Source of the DNA: Eledone cirrhosa
Lineage: Eukaryota
Length of the DNA: 64,000 bases
NCBI GenBank assembly: GCA_964016885.1
Contig: OZ024746.1
Span: 23,188,001-23,252,000 of the forward strand
Direction: 5' to 3'
This document shows positions 27,926-42,244 of this stretch, piece after piece. A program made the translations under genes and the position numbers. The notes beneath the pieces are model-generated. The model made no database searches, was not told the DNA's origin, and saw nothing but the letters and a program-made list of their open reading frames with translations. Positions within the stretch are counted from its first letter, which is position 1. Every line of letters begins with the position of its first letter.

Positions 27926-29862
27926 TCTGTGTTTTTTTTTCTTTTTTTATTTGTAATATTTGTTTCTACTTTTGGCACAAGGCCAGCAATTATCCCAGTA
28001 CATTACTGGTACTTTATTTTATCGACCCCGTAAGGATGAAAGGCAAAGTAAACCTCGGCTTTATACAATAGGGAATAAAATAGATCTACATAGTGTTAAC
28101 TCGTTACGGTTGAGTCAATAATTTCAGACATGAAATACATTGTTATCGGTGAAGGAAAGATAAGATTCTAACTGGCTGCGCTCAAAGTGTCCTTGACCCA
28201 GATGACTGTGAGCTTTTTCATTTTGAGGATCTCAATTACCGGTTAATATCTAGACACACCTGCACACCTACTGACAGCTGCGGTCAGACTATAGTTATGC
28301 TGTCTGCAAGCTCATTCAAATGCATTCACACTGGCTGTCTCAAAGACATACAAATATACAAATATGGCTTATAAAACTTACCAAAGTAAAGAGTCTTCCA
28401 GCCCCCCCCCCCCCCTCAAGCTCCAAACGCCCCCTGGAGTTCCGAGAACGCCCCCGGGGTGCATATCCCCCCCCCCCCCGTTGAGAACCTTTGATCTAAG
28501 ACATTCAAACTCCTTACAGTCAATTTTGACTCGCCATAGTGATATAATAGCCAAATACAGTCACTGCAGCAACACGACTACATCTATTATGTAGTAAATA
28601 ATCCGGTTTTATTCAATGTTTTCAATAAAATGGAACAAAAATCCATTAAAACCATTCATTTATTAAAATGTTGTATAACTTTGCTCCTGATTCCTCTTTC
28701 TTTACAAACATCAACCTAGACAAATTCGAATTAAACTACGGATCTTGCGCATTTGAGGGTTGTTTTAAGAGTCATATGCACTTCCTTTCTTAACTTCAAT
28801 TGATAACGACATGGCAATAGTCCCTTTTTAATTTCCCCTATAATCCTGTGTCTACAGTTCTCTCTACAGTTCTATAACAATTCTTCAACAATTTTCTCCA
28901 CAATTCTTCAACAATTTTCTCTACAATCCTGTGTCAATCCTACAACAATTTTTCCTACAATTATAAATTAAATGTCTATAAGCTGATATTTAATTTCACT
29001 TAACACCCTGATAATTTTCGGCGTTGTTTTGTAGTCATATCTATTATTACTTGCTCTCTCTCTCTCTCTCTCTCTTTCTCTTTCTACACACACACACACA
29101 CAATATACCGACAGGCACCTTACCTCCCACAAAATTAGGGACAACTAATAATTTGGGCAACTAATCTGAATCAACATTTTCAACCTATACTTTGCTTCTT
29201 AGCTTCCATTGGGTTCCTAAAATGTAGACCTTTTATTCGGAATCTATATCATAATGGTTTCTGATTTAAGCACAAGGCCAACAATTTTGGGGGATGGGGA
29301 AAGTCGATCAAATCGACCCCAGTGCGTTACTGGTACTTTATTATATCGACCCCGTAAGGATGAAAGACAAAGCTAACCTCGGCGGGATTTGAACTCAGAA
29401 TTTAAAGGGACATAACCATATGCCGCAAAGCATGTTTTCCGACGCTCTATTAATACTGCCAATATCATAATAATTGTACACCCTTTTTGTCAGTCTGTTA
29501 CGCCAACGCTACAATCTAACAAAACATTCTGGAATGTTTTATTTAAAATTCACGGAACACTGAGGTAAGAACCTCTCAGCAGAGCTGGACAGCAGGTCTG
29601 CAGAGAAGAAATCCCCCCCCCCCCTCAAGCAAGTGTTTCGGCCTTAATACAAATGTGAGACAACAAAAGAAATCGTGGTGGCATTCTAAAATGCATTCAT
29701 TCATACTAGAAATGTGTTCTCTATCAATGGCTATCTCTCTTCCTCTCTCTCTCTCTGATATATATATATATCAGATAGAGAGAGAGAGAGAGAGGGGGGG
29801 AGAGAGAGAGAGAGGGGGGGAGAGAGAGAGAGAGAGAGAGAAACGGGCAGTATATATATATA

Positions 29863-29893
<31 letters not shown>

Positions 29894-29894
<1 letters not shown>

Positions 29895-30067
29895 ACGAAG
29901 GAAATGTGGTAAGGAACCAGGTGGACCATAACGCACCAAAGTACTCAATACTTAGGGTAGTAGAGTGGGTAATAGGAACCAGTAAGACCCCGACGGCTGA
30001 GCTCAAGCCGTTTCGACGGCTAATTCGTCGAAACGGCTTGAGCTCAGCCGTCGGGGTCTTACTGGTT

Positions 30068-30072
<5 letters not shown>
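29894..30072 (-). mobile_element. Family C element with terminal fold-back palindrome
   Basis: Perfect arms ataggaacc..ccgtttcgacg / cgtcgaaacgg..ggttcctat around spacer gctaatt; TA tracts on both sides. Confidence 0.8.
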
Positions 30073-30112
<40 letters not shown>

Positions 30113-30619
30113 GTATGTATTATATATCATATATATATATATATATTAAACATACATACATATAAAAATGAGAAAACTCATCGCTAGAACAGCCGTTAAA
30201 AGACCTAAATGCTGTCAAAGACAGTGATGGGCAAAAATGCCTGAAAGGACAGAAACCAGTGGTCAACAGAGAGAGAACCCATAAGGTGGATGACAGGCAG
30301 CTGAAATATAGAAACACTTGAAAGAGAAGGACAAGGAGAAGTGTGTTGGCGCACAGAAGTGACCTGAAGACTCTTTATTATATATATAAAGTACCAGTAA
30401 TACACTGGGTATTTGCTGGCCTTGTGCCAAAAGTAGAAACAATTATATATATATAGAAATGACTTCTACAGGACTAGAATTGTTTCATTCGTAAGAAATC
30501 ATTTCTATATATATATATATATATACTTTACCAATGTATTGAGTAGCCTTTTTTAACTGTAGTTACCCCCCCCCCTCTCCCCGATACAACCCGGGAATCT
30601 CTCTCTATCTCTCACTCTT

Positions 30620-30670
<51 letters not shown>

Positions 30671-30853
30671 TCCTCATCATCATTTGACGTCCGCTTTTCC
30701 TTGCAAGGGTGGTACGGGTCCTATTAAGCACGGCATCTCTCCAATCGTCACGGTCCTTTGTCATCTCCCCCGTGAGGTTCAGCGATCTGAGGTCTGCTCA
30801 CCCCACCTCCGCCCATGTTTTTCGTGGTCTTCCTCGACTGCGTCTTCTTTCTA

Positions 30854-30891
<38 letters not shown>

Positions 30892-32015
30892 CATCAATGT
30901 TGTCTAAACATCAAGAGGCTATAAGAGGAAAGTGAAGTGTGTCTGTCTATAAGTGGTAAATAGAAGAATTTATATGATAAGGAATGGTGTTATAGGAGAG
31001 AAGAGGGTAAAGTTAGAGGGAAGACAGAATGGGGCTAGCGGAGTGGGCGGAAGAATCGAAATATGGAAATAAAAAGATGAGGGAAAGGAGAATGTTAATA
31101 AAGACAAAAGAGAAAGGCGAAATGTGTATGTATGTATATTATATATATATATATATATATATACTTTTCTACATTCGATATATATATATATATATATATA
31201 TATTTAGAAGGGGAGTGAGGGCGTGTGTGTCTGGTAAAGGATCGAGAGAGAGAGAGAGAGAGGGGGGGGAGAGTGAATGGTAAAGGACAGGTGCTGGCAG
31301 AGAAAGAGCTACACGAGAGAAGTTATAAATATTTTGGCAGATAGACCTAAAAATGTAACAGAAATTGCAATACCCGTTGGTTGATGTAAGAGATGCGTGA
31401 AGGTAGACAGAAGACAACCCGTAACAATTTCAGGCAAGGCGACTCAGCCCACTTTTTTCCGTCTCTCGCAGTCTATATGCCCAAACTGTTCGATTATTTT
31501 ATAATTAACCCAACGTTGTAGCAGCAAATTCGATCAACGTTAATATATATATACATATATATATACATAACTTTCTTTTGCTTCTTCTTTTTATTTTTAT
31601 TTTTCTGCACACATACTTTTTTGTTCTATACAAAAAATACCTTACCACTACAACCACCATAATAATCTTGCTTACCCGCTTAAAGTGCTTACATTACGTG
31701 TAACACCCTGCCACACAATAATAGTATAAAAATGAGACACACTTGCATGCTCCATGTGTAACTAACGCATACACTACCTACTAGACCTGACTATCAAACT
31801 ACCTCTTGCATTATCTGTGTTATCTGCCGAATGTATTTTAATTTTGATTTTGATTTTAATTTTTATTTTGACTTTGATTTTGAATTTGAATTGCTGTACA
31901 AAAATAGTATAGTATAATATATGTCACTCCACTGTACATCAATATAATTATATATGTATCTATATGTCTCTTGTGTTGGAAAGGAGGTCAATTATGTGTA
32001 CAAACATTGAAAAAT

Positions 32016-32060
32016 GCTCCGAAGACTCCAAGCCTAGGTTTGGATGAAACAATTGTAAGT
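32016..32060 (+). ncRNA. Minimal hammerhead motif, core variant CCGAAGA
   Basis: gcu CCGAAGA C UCCAAGC cuag GUUUGGA U GAAA CAAUUG UA agu, followed by GAAUAAA; lies in TA-flanked segment 31570-32098. Confidence 0.6.
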
Positions 32061-32536
32061 GAATAAATGCTTTGAACATAGCTTTGATTCTTGTGAATTA
32101 TATATATATATTTCTTTAGGTTTGTTGGTTCACCACTAGATAGAATTGGTCATTCCGTATGGTCAATCTTGGTGTAATATTGTGGAGAGTACTCAACGTA
32201 GTGCAGTTCACCCGTCTTCGTTTGTGTAGTTGATGGTGCGAATACGGAGTTAATTATAAATAAATTTTCTAGCATGAATGTAGTGTGACCCTTACGCTGA
32301 CTTCTTTCTTCCTTTTTTCTTCTTTCTTCCTTTCTTTCTTTCTTCCCCTTTTTCTTTGACGGAGAGGTGGTAGTGCATTATAAGCCTTCGCCCCCTCACT
32401 AGATGGTCATTAGTAGATTCAGTTGCCAACACTTTGAGGGCGACTGGCCGAGGTGAAGGCAGCTAGTTGGTCAGTCGTCCTCTGATTCTGATTTTTCGGA
32501 CCCATGGTTTTTTACATATTCCTTTGTTATATTCCA

Positions 32537-32594
32537 ATACCTGATGATATCACCGGATTCATATGGAACCCGGTCATTGAAATGATCATAGTAT
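32537..32594 (+). ncRNA. Minimal type I hammerhead ribozyme motif
   Basis: auac CUGAUGA U aucACCGGAUUC auaug GAACCCGGU cauu GAAA UGAUCA UA guau, followed by AAUAAA; lies in TA-flanked segment 32111-32648. Confidence 0.75.
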
Positions 32595-32673
32595 AATAAA
32601 CCTTTCAAGGATTTACACCAGTCCAACCTCCTGTTATTTTATTTATTTATATATATATGTATATATATATATG

Positions 32674-32741
<68 letters not shown>

Positions 32742-33001
32742 AGTTGTAACGTCAAATTACTGTTGGTTCACCAACGTGAGTACTCGATGCGTAATCTCCG
32801 GTATGTACTTTGGGGTTGTACTAAGCAAAGTGTAATAATTGTTTCTACTTTTGGCACAAGGCCAGCAATTATCCCAGTGCATTACTGGTACTTTATTTTA
32901 TCGACCCCCATAAGGATGAAAGGCAAAGTTAACCTCGGAGGGAGTTGAACTCAGAACATAAATGGCCATAACTATGCTGTAAAGCATTGTTTCTGACGCT
33001 C

Positions 33002-33169
33002 TAAGCATGGACGAGGTGTCAAATTCTCATTACGTTTATTCAGAAGTCTGAAGAACTTTCGATTCCAAGTCGGGCACGATCGATAGAGATCGAACCTTGA
33101 GCTGATCAATCGTGAAACGTGCTTCACACCTGAATAAAGGTAATGAAAATTTGACACCTCGTCCATGCT

Positions 33170-33171
<2 letters not shown>
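33002..33171 (+). mobile_element. Fold-back element with degenerate hammerhead between about 42-bp inverted arms
   Basis: Arms 33002-33043 / 33130-33171; gaagu CUGAAGA...GAAACGU G cuuc in the spacer. Confidence 0.55.
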
Positions 33172-33203
<32 letters not shown>

Positions 33204-35039
33204 ATTAGTACATCTACCAACATATGTGTACAGATGTACACTCATGCTAGCAAATATACAAGTTATGTCTTAATACCTATGTGGTTCTATGCAGGTGAAT
33301 GCAGAACAATTATATGAAATTTAAATTAAAAATCAACTTACTAAAATTTTCACTCCAACTAATTAGTTTCTGTAATGGGATTAATATAGTTACATAATAT
33401 ATATAACTATAGAGAATTCATACACATTCTCTTATAGGTTTCAAGCAGAATGCAATCATGCTGAGGCACCGTCTTGAAAGGATTTAGTCGATCACATCAA
33501 CTCTAGTACTTTTTTTTTTTTCAAGTCTGATGCTTATTTCATCAACCTTTTTTCCTTAAACACCTAATGTTACGGGTGGGGGGCAGGCATACAAACAATA
33601 TATATACATATGCATACACGTCGCGTGTCTGCCAATTTGTAATCGGGATTTTAGGGTGCCAATGACCTGATAACATGAACTCCTCCTGAGATACAATCCA
33701 AATCTACCTCAGATGTAATCATTTAACTAACATCATACTGAGTCCAAGATGGAAACGATGTTATTAGTAAGAATCAACAATAAACAATCAGGCAGTATCT
33801 CCCCCCACCCAGCCTCCACTATTATCTCACCTAGATTCGTTATCTTACATAACTTATCAGTAACTGAACAATACGTATTGAACATCAGTCCCCAAGGTTA
33901 GGTTATTGGACTCACCATGATAAAGTCGTGGGTTCTCTTCCTGGACGGAGTAGCATGCTGTGTTCTTGAAAACAAGACGCTTCATTTCTTTTTAGAACAA
34001 GCCCAAACCTAACATTAAAACACCCGAGAAATCTCTTGAGAGATACAACCTTACAGGAGGACAGCTCAACCTGGATAAGTATAGGCTGTACATTTCATTT
34101 TTTCAAACCAATATCAGCCACCAAGAAAGCTGTCTATAAAACTACAAACTTAATATAATCGGAACTGGCGCGGAGGAATTTGGGGCCCTAACCGAGCTTT
34201 ACACTCTGTAGCCCCATTCGCCTAAATAGAATAATTTCTGCTGGCAGTTTGGTAAGCTGACAAACCTAGAGTTTGACACTTCTTCCTCTGACCACACTTA
34301 GAAAATTACTAAGCCGGTTCTATCGTACAGTCCACACTCACCCTCGGTAAATCTAGTTGCAAGTCATAACACCATACAACAATCTCCACCGTTTTCTGGA
34401 TATTTCCACAACGCTCATACTCACCAAAAATGTTTGGTGATTTATTTATCGAGTACAGGAAACTATATATTTACTTTAAATATACAAATTTTCATAAAAC
34501 TGATCCTTTAAGTTTCAGTAATGCTCAACGGCCTTGATAGTAGTGCCAGCCTTAAACGTAGACGTAGCACCAACCAAATCCGAATCCAGATAAAAATAAG
34601 TTACGAGAAAACAATCAGATACAACATTTGGTCAACAGACAGAACAATGGTGTACAAATTATATTTATATCAATCACAGGCAGGGCCTATGGGTGGGGGG
34701 TCCAGCAGGTACTTTGTCCCGATGCTCAAGGGCTAAGAAAGCCCCACAGCAACCATACAACATCCATTTTGAGAAAAATCTTTGCCTGCTTCGGGCCCCA
34801 AAGTGATCTTGTACTGCCTTGCAAAATTTCTGTTAACTAAAAAACGAATAATTTCCGACGGGTTAGATGGTCAGATAAGTTCAAAAGGTAAACAAAACTA
34901 CAGAAAACACAAATTTCACCACCAGCACGAGACGGATTTAATTGTAAAATTTAATCATTATAAAGTATATATTTTAAGTATGGTCATTTGGAACCCGGTA
35001 AGGGTAATTAGACTCATACCAAGGTAGAGTTGATCCTGT

Positions 35040-35345
35040 TCTGAGTATCGAGCATCACTTGGTATCGATGCCTCCCAGATGGGCCTCAATACGAGAAACG
35101 GGTTAAACTTGAGCTGGTGGTTGGTCCACTCCTTCTCGAGTCTTGACTTTAAAATGTTGACTGAGAGTGTGTCAACTGTTTCTTGTTTGAAGTTGTTCCA
35201 GTGGTTGATCGCACTCGCAGAAAAGAAGTGGTTCCTAGGACTTCGTTGATGTTGCACCTGTAGCTTCCGGTTGTGTCCTCGGGTAGTGCTGCTGAGTGCC
35301 TCTCTGAATAGTGCATTGTCGTAGATGGGACATATAATGTACTGA
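35040..35345 (-). pseudogene. CR1/L2-clade LINE 3' remnant
   Basis: TRGHNRKLQVQH..RNHFFS..INHWN..SVNILKSRLEKEW is the typical CR1 ORF2 C-terminus. Confidence 0.85.
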
Positions 35346-35522
35346 GGCAGTGTCTTTCATTAGAAATATGTAAAGGAAAGTGTTAAATAGATAAGGAATA
35401 AAACAATAGGTGACATAAAATATTAAGGCTTTTTCGCTTTATTCATAACAGAAATAAAATGAATGTGAATGAAACATGGTTCTAGACTTTACAGCTTTAA
35501 TTAAAATTTCTTATCTGGGACT

Positions 35523-35654
<132 letters not shown>

Positions 35655-37074
35655 ATGGTTCGTTTAATGATAGGTGGCACTTGACTATAAACAGTCGGTT
35701 GTGAATAAAATTCACAAATAGGTCATTGGAAAATCATTTCATAAATACATATTCCAGCTTATCGATCTAAAATCATTTCAAAAGGCGAATATTTACAACG
35801 GAACATTAAGTACCTTTCGTTTTCATTCTCTTATATTTTACTGTGTCAGTTTGTATAGTTTGGTTAATTTTTTTTTTAAGGTTTGAAACAAGAAATAGGT
35901 CGCACTTTATCTGTTCTGGTGTGATGGTGCTCAGAGAGGAACCTTCGTTTAAAAGTTGAACTTGTAAAATCCAATAAAATTGCTACGAGGTCCAGAGTTG
36001 TTAGCTCAGTTTTATTAAAAGTTGCATTTTTCTTTTTAAAAACTATCGAACACCGTTAGAAAGATTAAAATGTCAATTTTACTAGTAAATCTTGAAGATA
36101 TACATATATAAGGGCTGTCTGTTGGTCAATTCAAATATAATTTGTTGGTAATTTAATATGATATTAAATTAATGTCCAACAGTTAATTTTGTTTTGCTTT
36201 TGTTTTTTTGTCTTTAAGAATTAAAATTTCAAAATAAAGAACTTTCTAGAGAACACAAATAATAATTATTATTATTGCTTGCGTTTCTATAATCCGTAAT
36301 TATACGTAACTGATGGAATATGCATGTTTTTTCTTACTGTTCGTCTGACACGTCTTTATCGACAGGTCTTTTGTAAATCCCATTATAGGAATTTTACTCT
36401 TGTGAAAAAAAAAACAAGAACATTAATAACATCCCAGCATTCAAAGTAGTGCTCGGCACGGCGGCAGTCTGACAGAAACTAGTAAAAGAGTAATATAATA
36501 ATTTGTTTAAGCATCCAGTCACGAAAAGTAGTGTAATCCACTACTTATTTTAAAAAAAGCATTTTAAAAACTGTAATATATATCTAATTCTGCAGTGTAT
36601 ATACATTTAGTGATGGTCGTGAGTTATTTTACGTTGCTCCAGTCAACTCAGCTGGCAAAAATAAATTGTACCTGTAATTTGAAGTGTCAGTCGTGTCACA
36701 TTGTTTGTCACGCTGAATCTCCTTGAGTGCTGCGTTAAGGGTACACGTGTCTGTGGGATGCTCAACCACTTGCAGGTTAGTTTCATGAGCAGGTTGTACC
36801 GTTAATCGAATCAACTGAAACACTCGTCGTCGTAACCGACGAAGTGCCAGTTATGTTAGTTATTAAATATTTTTGGTTTGCAAAAGGAACCAAAAAAATC
36901 TCAGAAAGAAGAGGAAAAGAAAAAAGACGTGCTCACTTGGTTACACACTACAACATGTTGGTGTTACCCATTTAAACATCCTTTAGACAAGCCAAGGCAC
37001 TTACCTCAGTTGATAGTGGGTAACCCAATTACACACAACACCAAGGAATGTTGTGTTTCCCTCTAAATATTTTT

Positions 37075-37470
37075 AAAGACAAGCCACGACCCTCACGGCA
37101 TTATCACAAATGATAACGATGTTAAGGTACTGAAATAACCACGTTGAGTACTCAACGATGACAAACACACTACAACAGGGAATGCTGAAGTTTCTCTCTA
37201 AAAAATGTTTGAAAGTTGAGTACTCAACGATGACAAACACACTACAACAGGGAATGCTGGAGTTTCTCTCTAAAAAATGTTTGAAAGTTGAGTACTCAAC
37301 GATGACAAACACACTACAACAGGGAATGCTGGAGTTTCTCTCTAAAAAATGTTTGAGGCGAGCCAAGACACTCAAGGCATTACCAAAGGTGATAGCAAGG
37401 CTAGGATGCTGGAATAGCCAAGTACCGTCACGTTGAGCATCACCTGATACTTCCGCTACTTGAGCCAAAT
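37075..37470 (-). pseudogene. CRE-like (restriction-like endonuclease) retrotransposon C-terminal remnant with internal 72-bp triplication
   Basis: SGDAQRDGTWLFQHPSLAITFGNALSVL resembles the CRE tail GD..FLFQRLSxAIQRGNA; 72-bp unit x3 at 37143-37356; related copy at 39530-39645. Confidence 0.55.
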
Positions 37471-38557
37471 CTGTCAGCCTTGGCCTAGTTAGGTGTTAAG
37501 GTCCAGGATAACTTACACAAGCAGAAACTGGAACGGAAGTCCGTATTTTTGTTTCGACCCCAAGTGGAGAAAGATAAGTAGTCTGAATTATTTACATAAT
37601 AAAATAGAATCCTATCTTTATTCATGTATTAAATTTTTTAGGGACTTGTTAATTCTTAGTTTTATCTTTAATAGAATGCATACAAATAAACACAATTTAT
37701 ATTTTTTTTTAAATTCATATTTAAAAGAAAGACATGCACACTTTACCACACGTCACAGCAAGGAGTGTTAGTCTTATAAGCACATCTATAGTTTTCTGAT
37801 CCTGCCCCCGAATTTGTTTCTTCATAACTTTGGGTCGATTGTTTCTCTACATCTCTTTCTCACATCTCTGGAAGATATCGGCTGTGATCAGACCTGGAGT
37901 GGAGTTGGGCTCTATCAGGTTTTAAAAAATGCCCCCAAAATGCCGTATGTCACTACGGCACCCCCTACGACACCACCAGGAGTTATGGGTCCATACATAT
38001 TTTTTAATGAAATTTTGCAGAGATACGAGATACGTTTTTCATGACTAAAAATGGGTTTTAGAAATCAATTAATTGTTTTTTAATACTTTCATTATTTGTT
38101 ATATAGTTCTGTTCGTTAATATTTTCAATTTGCGTTCGCAGTAGACTAAATATAGACTCGAAAATTTGTTCATCATGCTTTCCTCATGTCGATAGTAATA
38201 TCAGTCGGGATAATATAAGATTTTATACTGGAGCGTAAATATTTACACTTTACTCGCGTTAGAGGTGAAATTTGTTTTGAAATTCATCAAAAACCATTGA
38301 AAAAACATAAATTTCACCTGCAACACGAGAGGGTTGTAATTGTAAAAAAAAAATTAACCAACTAGGAATTGTGATAAAATAAAATAATAATGGCTTCTGA
38401 TTAAGGCACAAGGCCAGCAAATTTGAGGGAAGGAAAAGTCGATCAAATCGACCCCAGTGTGTTACTGGTACTTTATTTTATCGTCCCCACACGGATGAAG
38501 GGAAAAGCTAACCGCGGCGAAATCTACATCTTCGAAAATCTACGTATAAAATTTCAT

Positions 38558-38615
<58 letters not shown>

Positions 38616-38621
<6 letters not shown>

Positions 38622-38715
38622 GTCCCCAAAAACTGTATAACACTTTGATTACCTGTACAGGGAATATTTATTAGAATGCTGTTAAAGTGAGTATACATTT
38701 TTGGGGGACACCCTG
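38616..38715. mobile_element. Tc1/mariner-type MITE
   Basis: TIRs AGGGTGTCCCCAAAAA / TTTTTGGGGGACACCCTG flanked by TA. Confidence 0.75.
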
Positions 38716-41313
38716 TATCACAAGAGCAAGAATGATGGGGTCATTCTACTGACATGGCTTTAAAGAAGCTGTCTGCATAATTGCAAACGAATTGATTATT
38801 GATATTCGAATTTCACAGACATATATGTAACTAGAGATGTAACTAGAGTATGTCAAGCATGACACGTGCCGTGGGCACTACTTAGACTTGGATAATTTTC
38901 TATTAAAGTCAGATAAGCTATCGTCGGAGACTGAAAAAATAAACATCTTCAGATGTATTATCTGTCTTTGATTGTCATGGGTGAGAAACACTATGGTGGC
39001 TGGATGATTAAACCATTTATATAAATTATTAGGTCCGTAGTTAAGGATGAAAGGGAAAGCTAACCTTGGCGGAATTTGAACCCAGAACGTAAAGGGGCCG
39101 TCCGTAACCATGTTTCGCAAAGCACTGTATTCGAGGCAAAGTTAACCAAATCCAGCCGAGGTTAACTTTACCTTTCATCCTTACGGGGTCGATAAAATAG
39201 AGTACCAGTAATACACTGAGTAAGTGCTGGCCTTGTGCCAAAAGTAGAAACAATTATTAATATTCGAAAAACTCATTACATTTATTGTATTCAGCCTTGT
39301 AGAGCGATAAACCACTTGTTATATATATATACATATATATATATATATAGAGAGAGAGAATGTTGAAGTTTGCTTGGAGCATATATATATATATATATAT
39401 ATATAGGGAAAGAAAGTCGGGGGGCACTAAATTATAGTTACGCAAATTATATAATGTTTGTTTTATATAATATATATCGATGAAAATAGTCAGGAAGAAG
39501 ACAAGATATACTTAATTACACGCTACATCAAGGAAAGCTGACCAAAACACTCACAGCACTGCTGCAGGTAATAGCGATACTAAGGCTTTGAAATAGCCAA
39601 ACACTTTCACCAGCATCACCCGATATTTCGTTGTCAGCGGCCCTGCTTTCCCGAATGTCTCGAATAGCACAGATTGAAAAAAAATGTAGAATTTGCCAAT
39701 AAATCGTGGAATATTTCAATTATTTATTCCGCTCGGCTATGGATGCAATGACCTTCGCCGTAGCATCTAGATCTAGGATGTGAATAACGACAATTTCTTA
39801 TTTTAAAAGATATATTTCTCGATTTACAAAACTCTAAATATATTCATGACTATAATTATCCAAAATACTTAAAACTAAAATAAATTTCCTCCCGTGAAGT
39901 ACATAATTTATGTCTCGCTTTTAGCTATACTCTATGTCCACACAGAACAAACAACTCTAGGTTCAAATTCCGCCAAGGCTAACTTTGCTTTCATTTTTAA
40001 CTATGGGCCTAATAATTTATATAAATGGTTTAATGATCCAGCAACCATAGTGCTTCTCACCCATGATAATCAAAGACAGATAATACATCTGAAGATGTTT
40101 ATTTTTTCACTCTCCGACGATAGCTTATCTGACTTTAATAGAAAATTATCCTAGTCTAAGTAGTGCCCACGGCACGTGTCATGCTTGACATACTCTAGTT
40201 ACAACTCCGGGTATATGTCTGTGAAATTCTCAGCCACTTACACGTTAATTTCATGAGAAGGCTGATCCGTTGATAGAACAACTGTAACACACTTCGTTGA
40301 AACCGACGGAGGTCCATTCCTCTGCTCATGTCATATTCTGCATCAACATTCTTATCTTTAATATCTTATTGTATCGTCACCAGTTATCTGTAAATTATTC
40401 TGACGTGTGTCTGGAGGTGGGGGATGTGACTGTCTGTTAATTTATGTGTTTGTGTGTGTCAATGTGTTTGTGAGCGTATTTTTTTGTGCACACACAAAGA
40501 CACATACACAAAGACACATACACAAAGACACATACACAAAAACAATGTATTTGTGCGTTTGTGTTAATGATTTTTTGTGTATGTGTCTTTGTCTGTGCGT
40601 GTTAATGTGTTTGTGTGTGGATGTCATCATCATCATCACACGTTTATTTTCCATGCTAGCATGGGTTGGACAGGTTACCCGTTCTGAGGCTAGACATGTT
40701 GCTCATGTTCCATTCTGGCATTGTTCCTACAAGTGAATGCTCTTCCTAATGACAATCACTTTACAGAGTGTGCTGGGTGTATTTTATCATGGCACTCCTA
40801 CGTCACAGTGTACTGATTGTGGTTTATTATGACACCAACAGTCTCACATTACAGAGTGAACTGAGTGCATTTTATCATAGCACCACTACCACTTTACAGA
40901 ATAAGTTGTGTATGTGCGTGTGTTAATATGTCTGTGTGTATATATTAATGTTTGTGTGTATGTATATGTTAATGAACTTCTGTGTATGTATGTATGTGTA
41001 AGTGGGAGAGAGAAAACTATAGTGTGTATGTGTTTGTGTGTGATACATTCGTCTACAATACAATGCCTGTGTTTATGTGTGCATGAGAGAGGGTGTGTAT
41101 GTATGTTACATTTGTTTACAATACAATGCCTGTGTGTTTATGGTACATTTGGCCACAATATAAAGTCTGTCTGTGTGTTACAATCCCTCTTGAGTATATA
41201 TATATATACGTATATATAAAAAATAGAATAGCTTTCACCGTATTTTTGACTAAAGGAATTTTAGCCTGATAATGGGGTTTAGAACCCTCAGATAAATGGA
41301 AAAAGATGAGTAT

Positions 41314-41384
41314 TGACGTACGTGGGAGTCGAACCCACATCTTTGGTTATCGCGACCACTGTGCTACCATTACACCAACACATC
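41314..41384 (-). pseudogene. tRNA-like sequence (pseudo-tRNA or SINE head) inside a palindromic TA-flanked element
   Basis: GATGTGT TG GTGTAATGGTAGCAC A GTGGT CGCGATA ACCAA AGAT GTGGG TTCGACT CCCAC GTACGTC A folds as a cloverleaf but the anticodon loop is non-canonical. Confidence 0.65.
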
Positions 41385-41519
41385 GTGTTGGTGTAATGGC
41401 ACGTCAATACTCATCTTTTTCCATTTATCTGAGGGTTCTAAACCCCATTATCAGGCTAAAATTCCTTTAATCAAAAATACTGTGAAAGCTATTCTAATTT
41501 CAAACCTGCTCACTGTTTC

Positions 41520-41559
<40 letters not shown>

Positions 41560-41686
41560 AAAGTTATATTTAAATTGTTGGGTTACAACTAGTAAATATT
41601 TATAACTGATATAAAAGCACTCGACAAATATTTGGAGTATATTTACAATATTAAATAAATGGAAACTATATTTATAAAACCATATT

Positions 41687-41752
41687 TATTTCATTATATA
41701 TATTTCAGGGATAACATATTAACAATATGCTATGCCTTCCTCAGACAAAATA
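41687..41752 (-). ncRNA. Minimal type I hammerhead ribozyme motif (left arm)
   Basis: Exact reverse complement of 41837-41902. Confidence 0.72.
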
Positions 41753-41836
41753 CAATATAAACAGTTCAACTTTTCAAATACAAGTCGATGTTGTACGGTA
41801 TGTCAAATCTATTTATCTATAAAACTGTTTATATTG

Positions 41837-41902
41837 TATTTTGTCTGAGGAAGGCATAGCATATTGTTAATATGTTATCCCTGAAATATATATAATGAAA
41901 TA
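41837..41902 (+). ncRNA. Minimal type I hammerhead ribozyme motif (right arm)
   Basis: uauuuugu CUGAGGA AGGcAUAGCAUAUU guu AAUAUGUUAUcCCU GAAA UAUAUA UA augaaaua. Confidence 0.72.
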
Positions 41903-41939
41903 AATATGGTTTTATAAATATAGTTTCCATTTATTTAAT

Positions 41940-42193
<254 letters not shown>

Positions 42194-42244
42194 CGTCATC
42201 ATTTAAACGACTATTTTCCAGGTTATAGGTTTATGTTTTTGTGG

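Noticed and set aside
41314-41384. Functional tRNA-Ser(CGA) gene
   Set aside because: No U33 or purine 37, mismatched anticodon stem, no long variable arm, several G-U pairs in the acceptor stem
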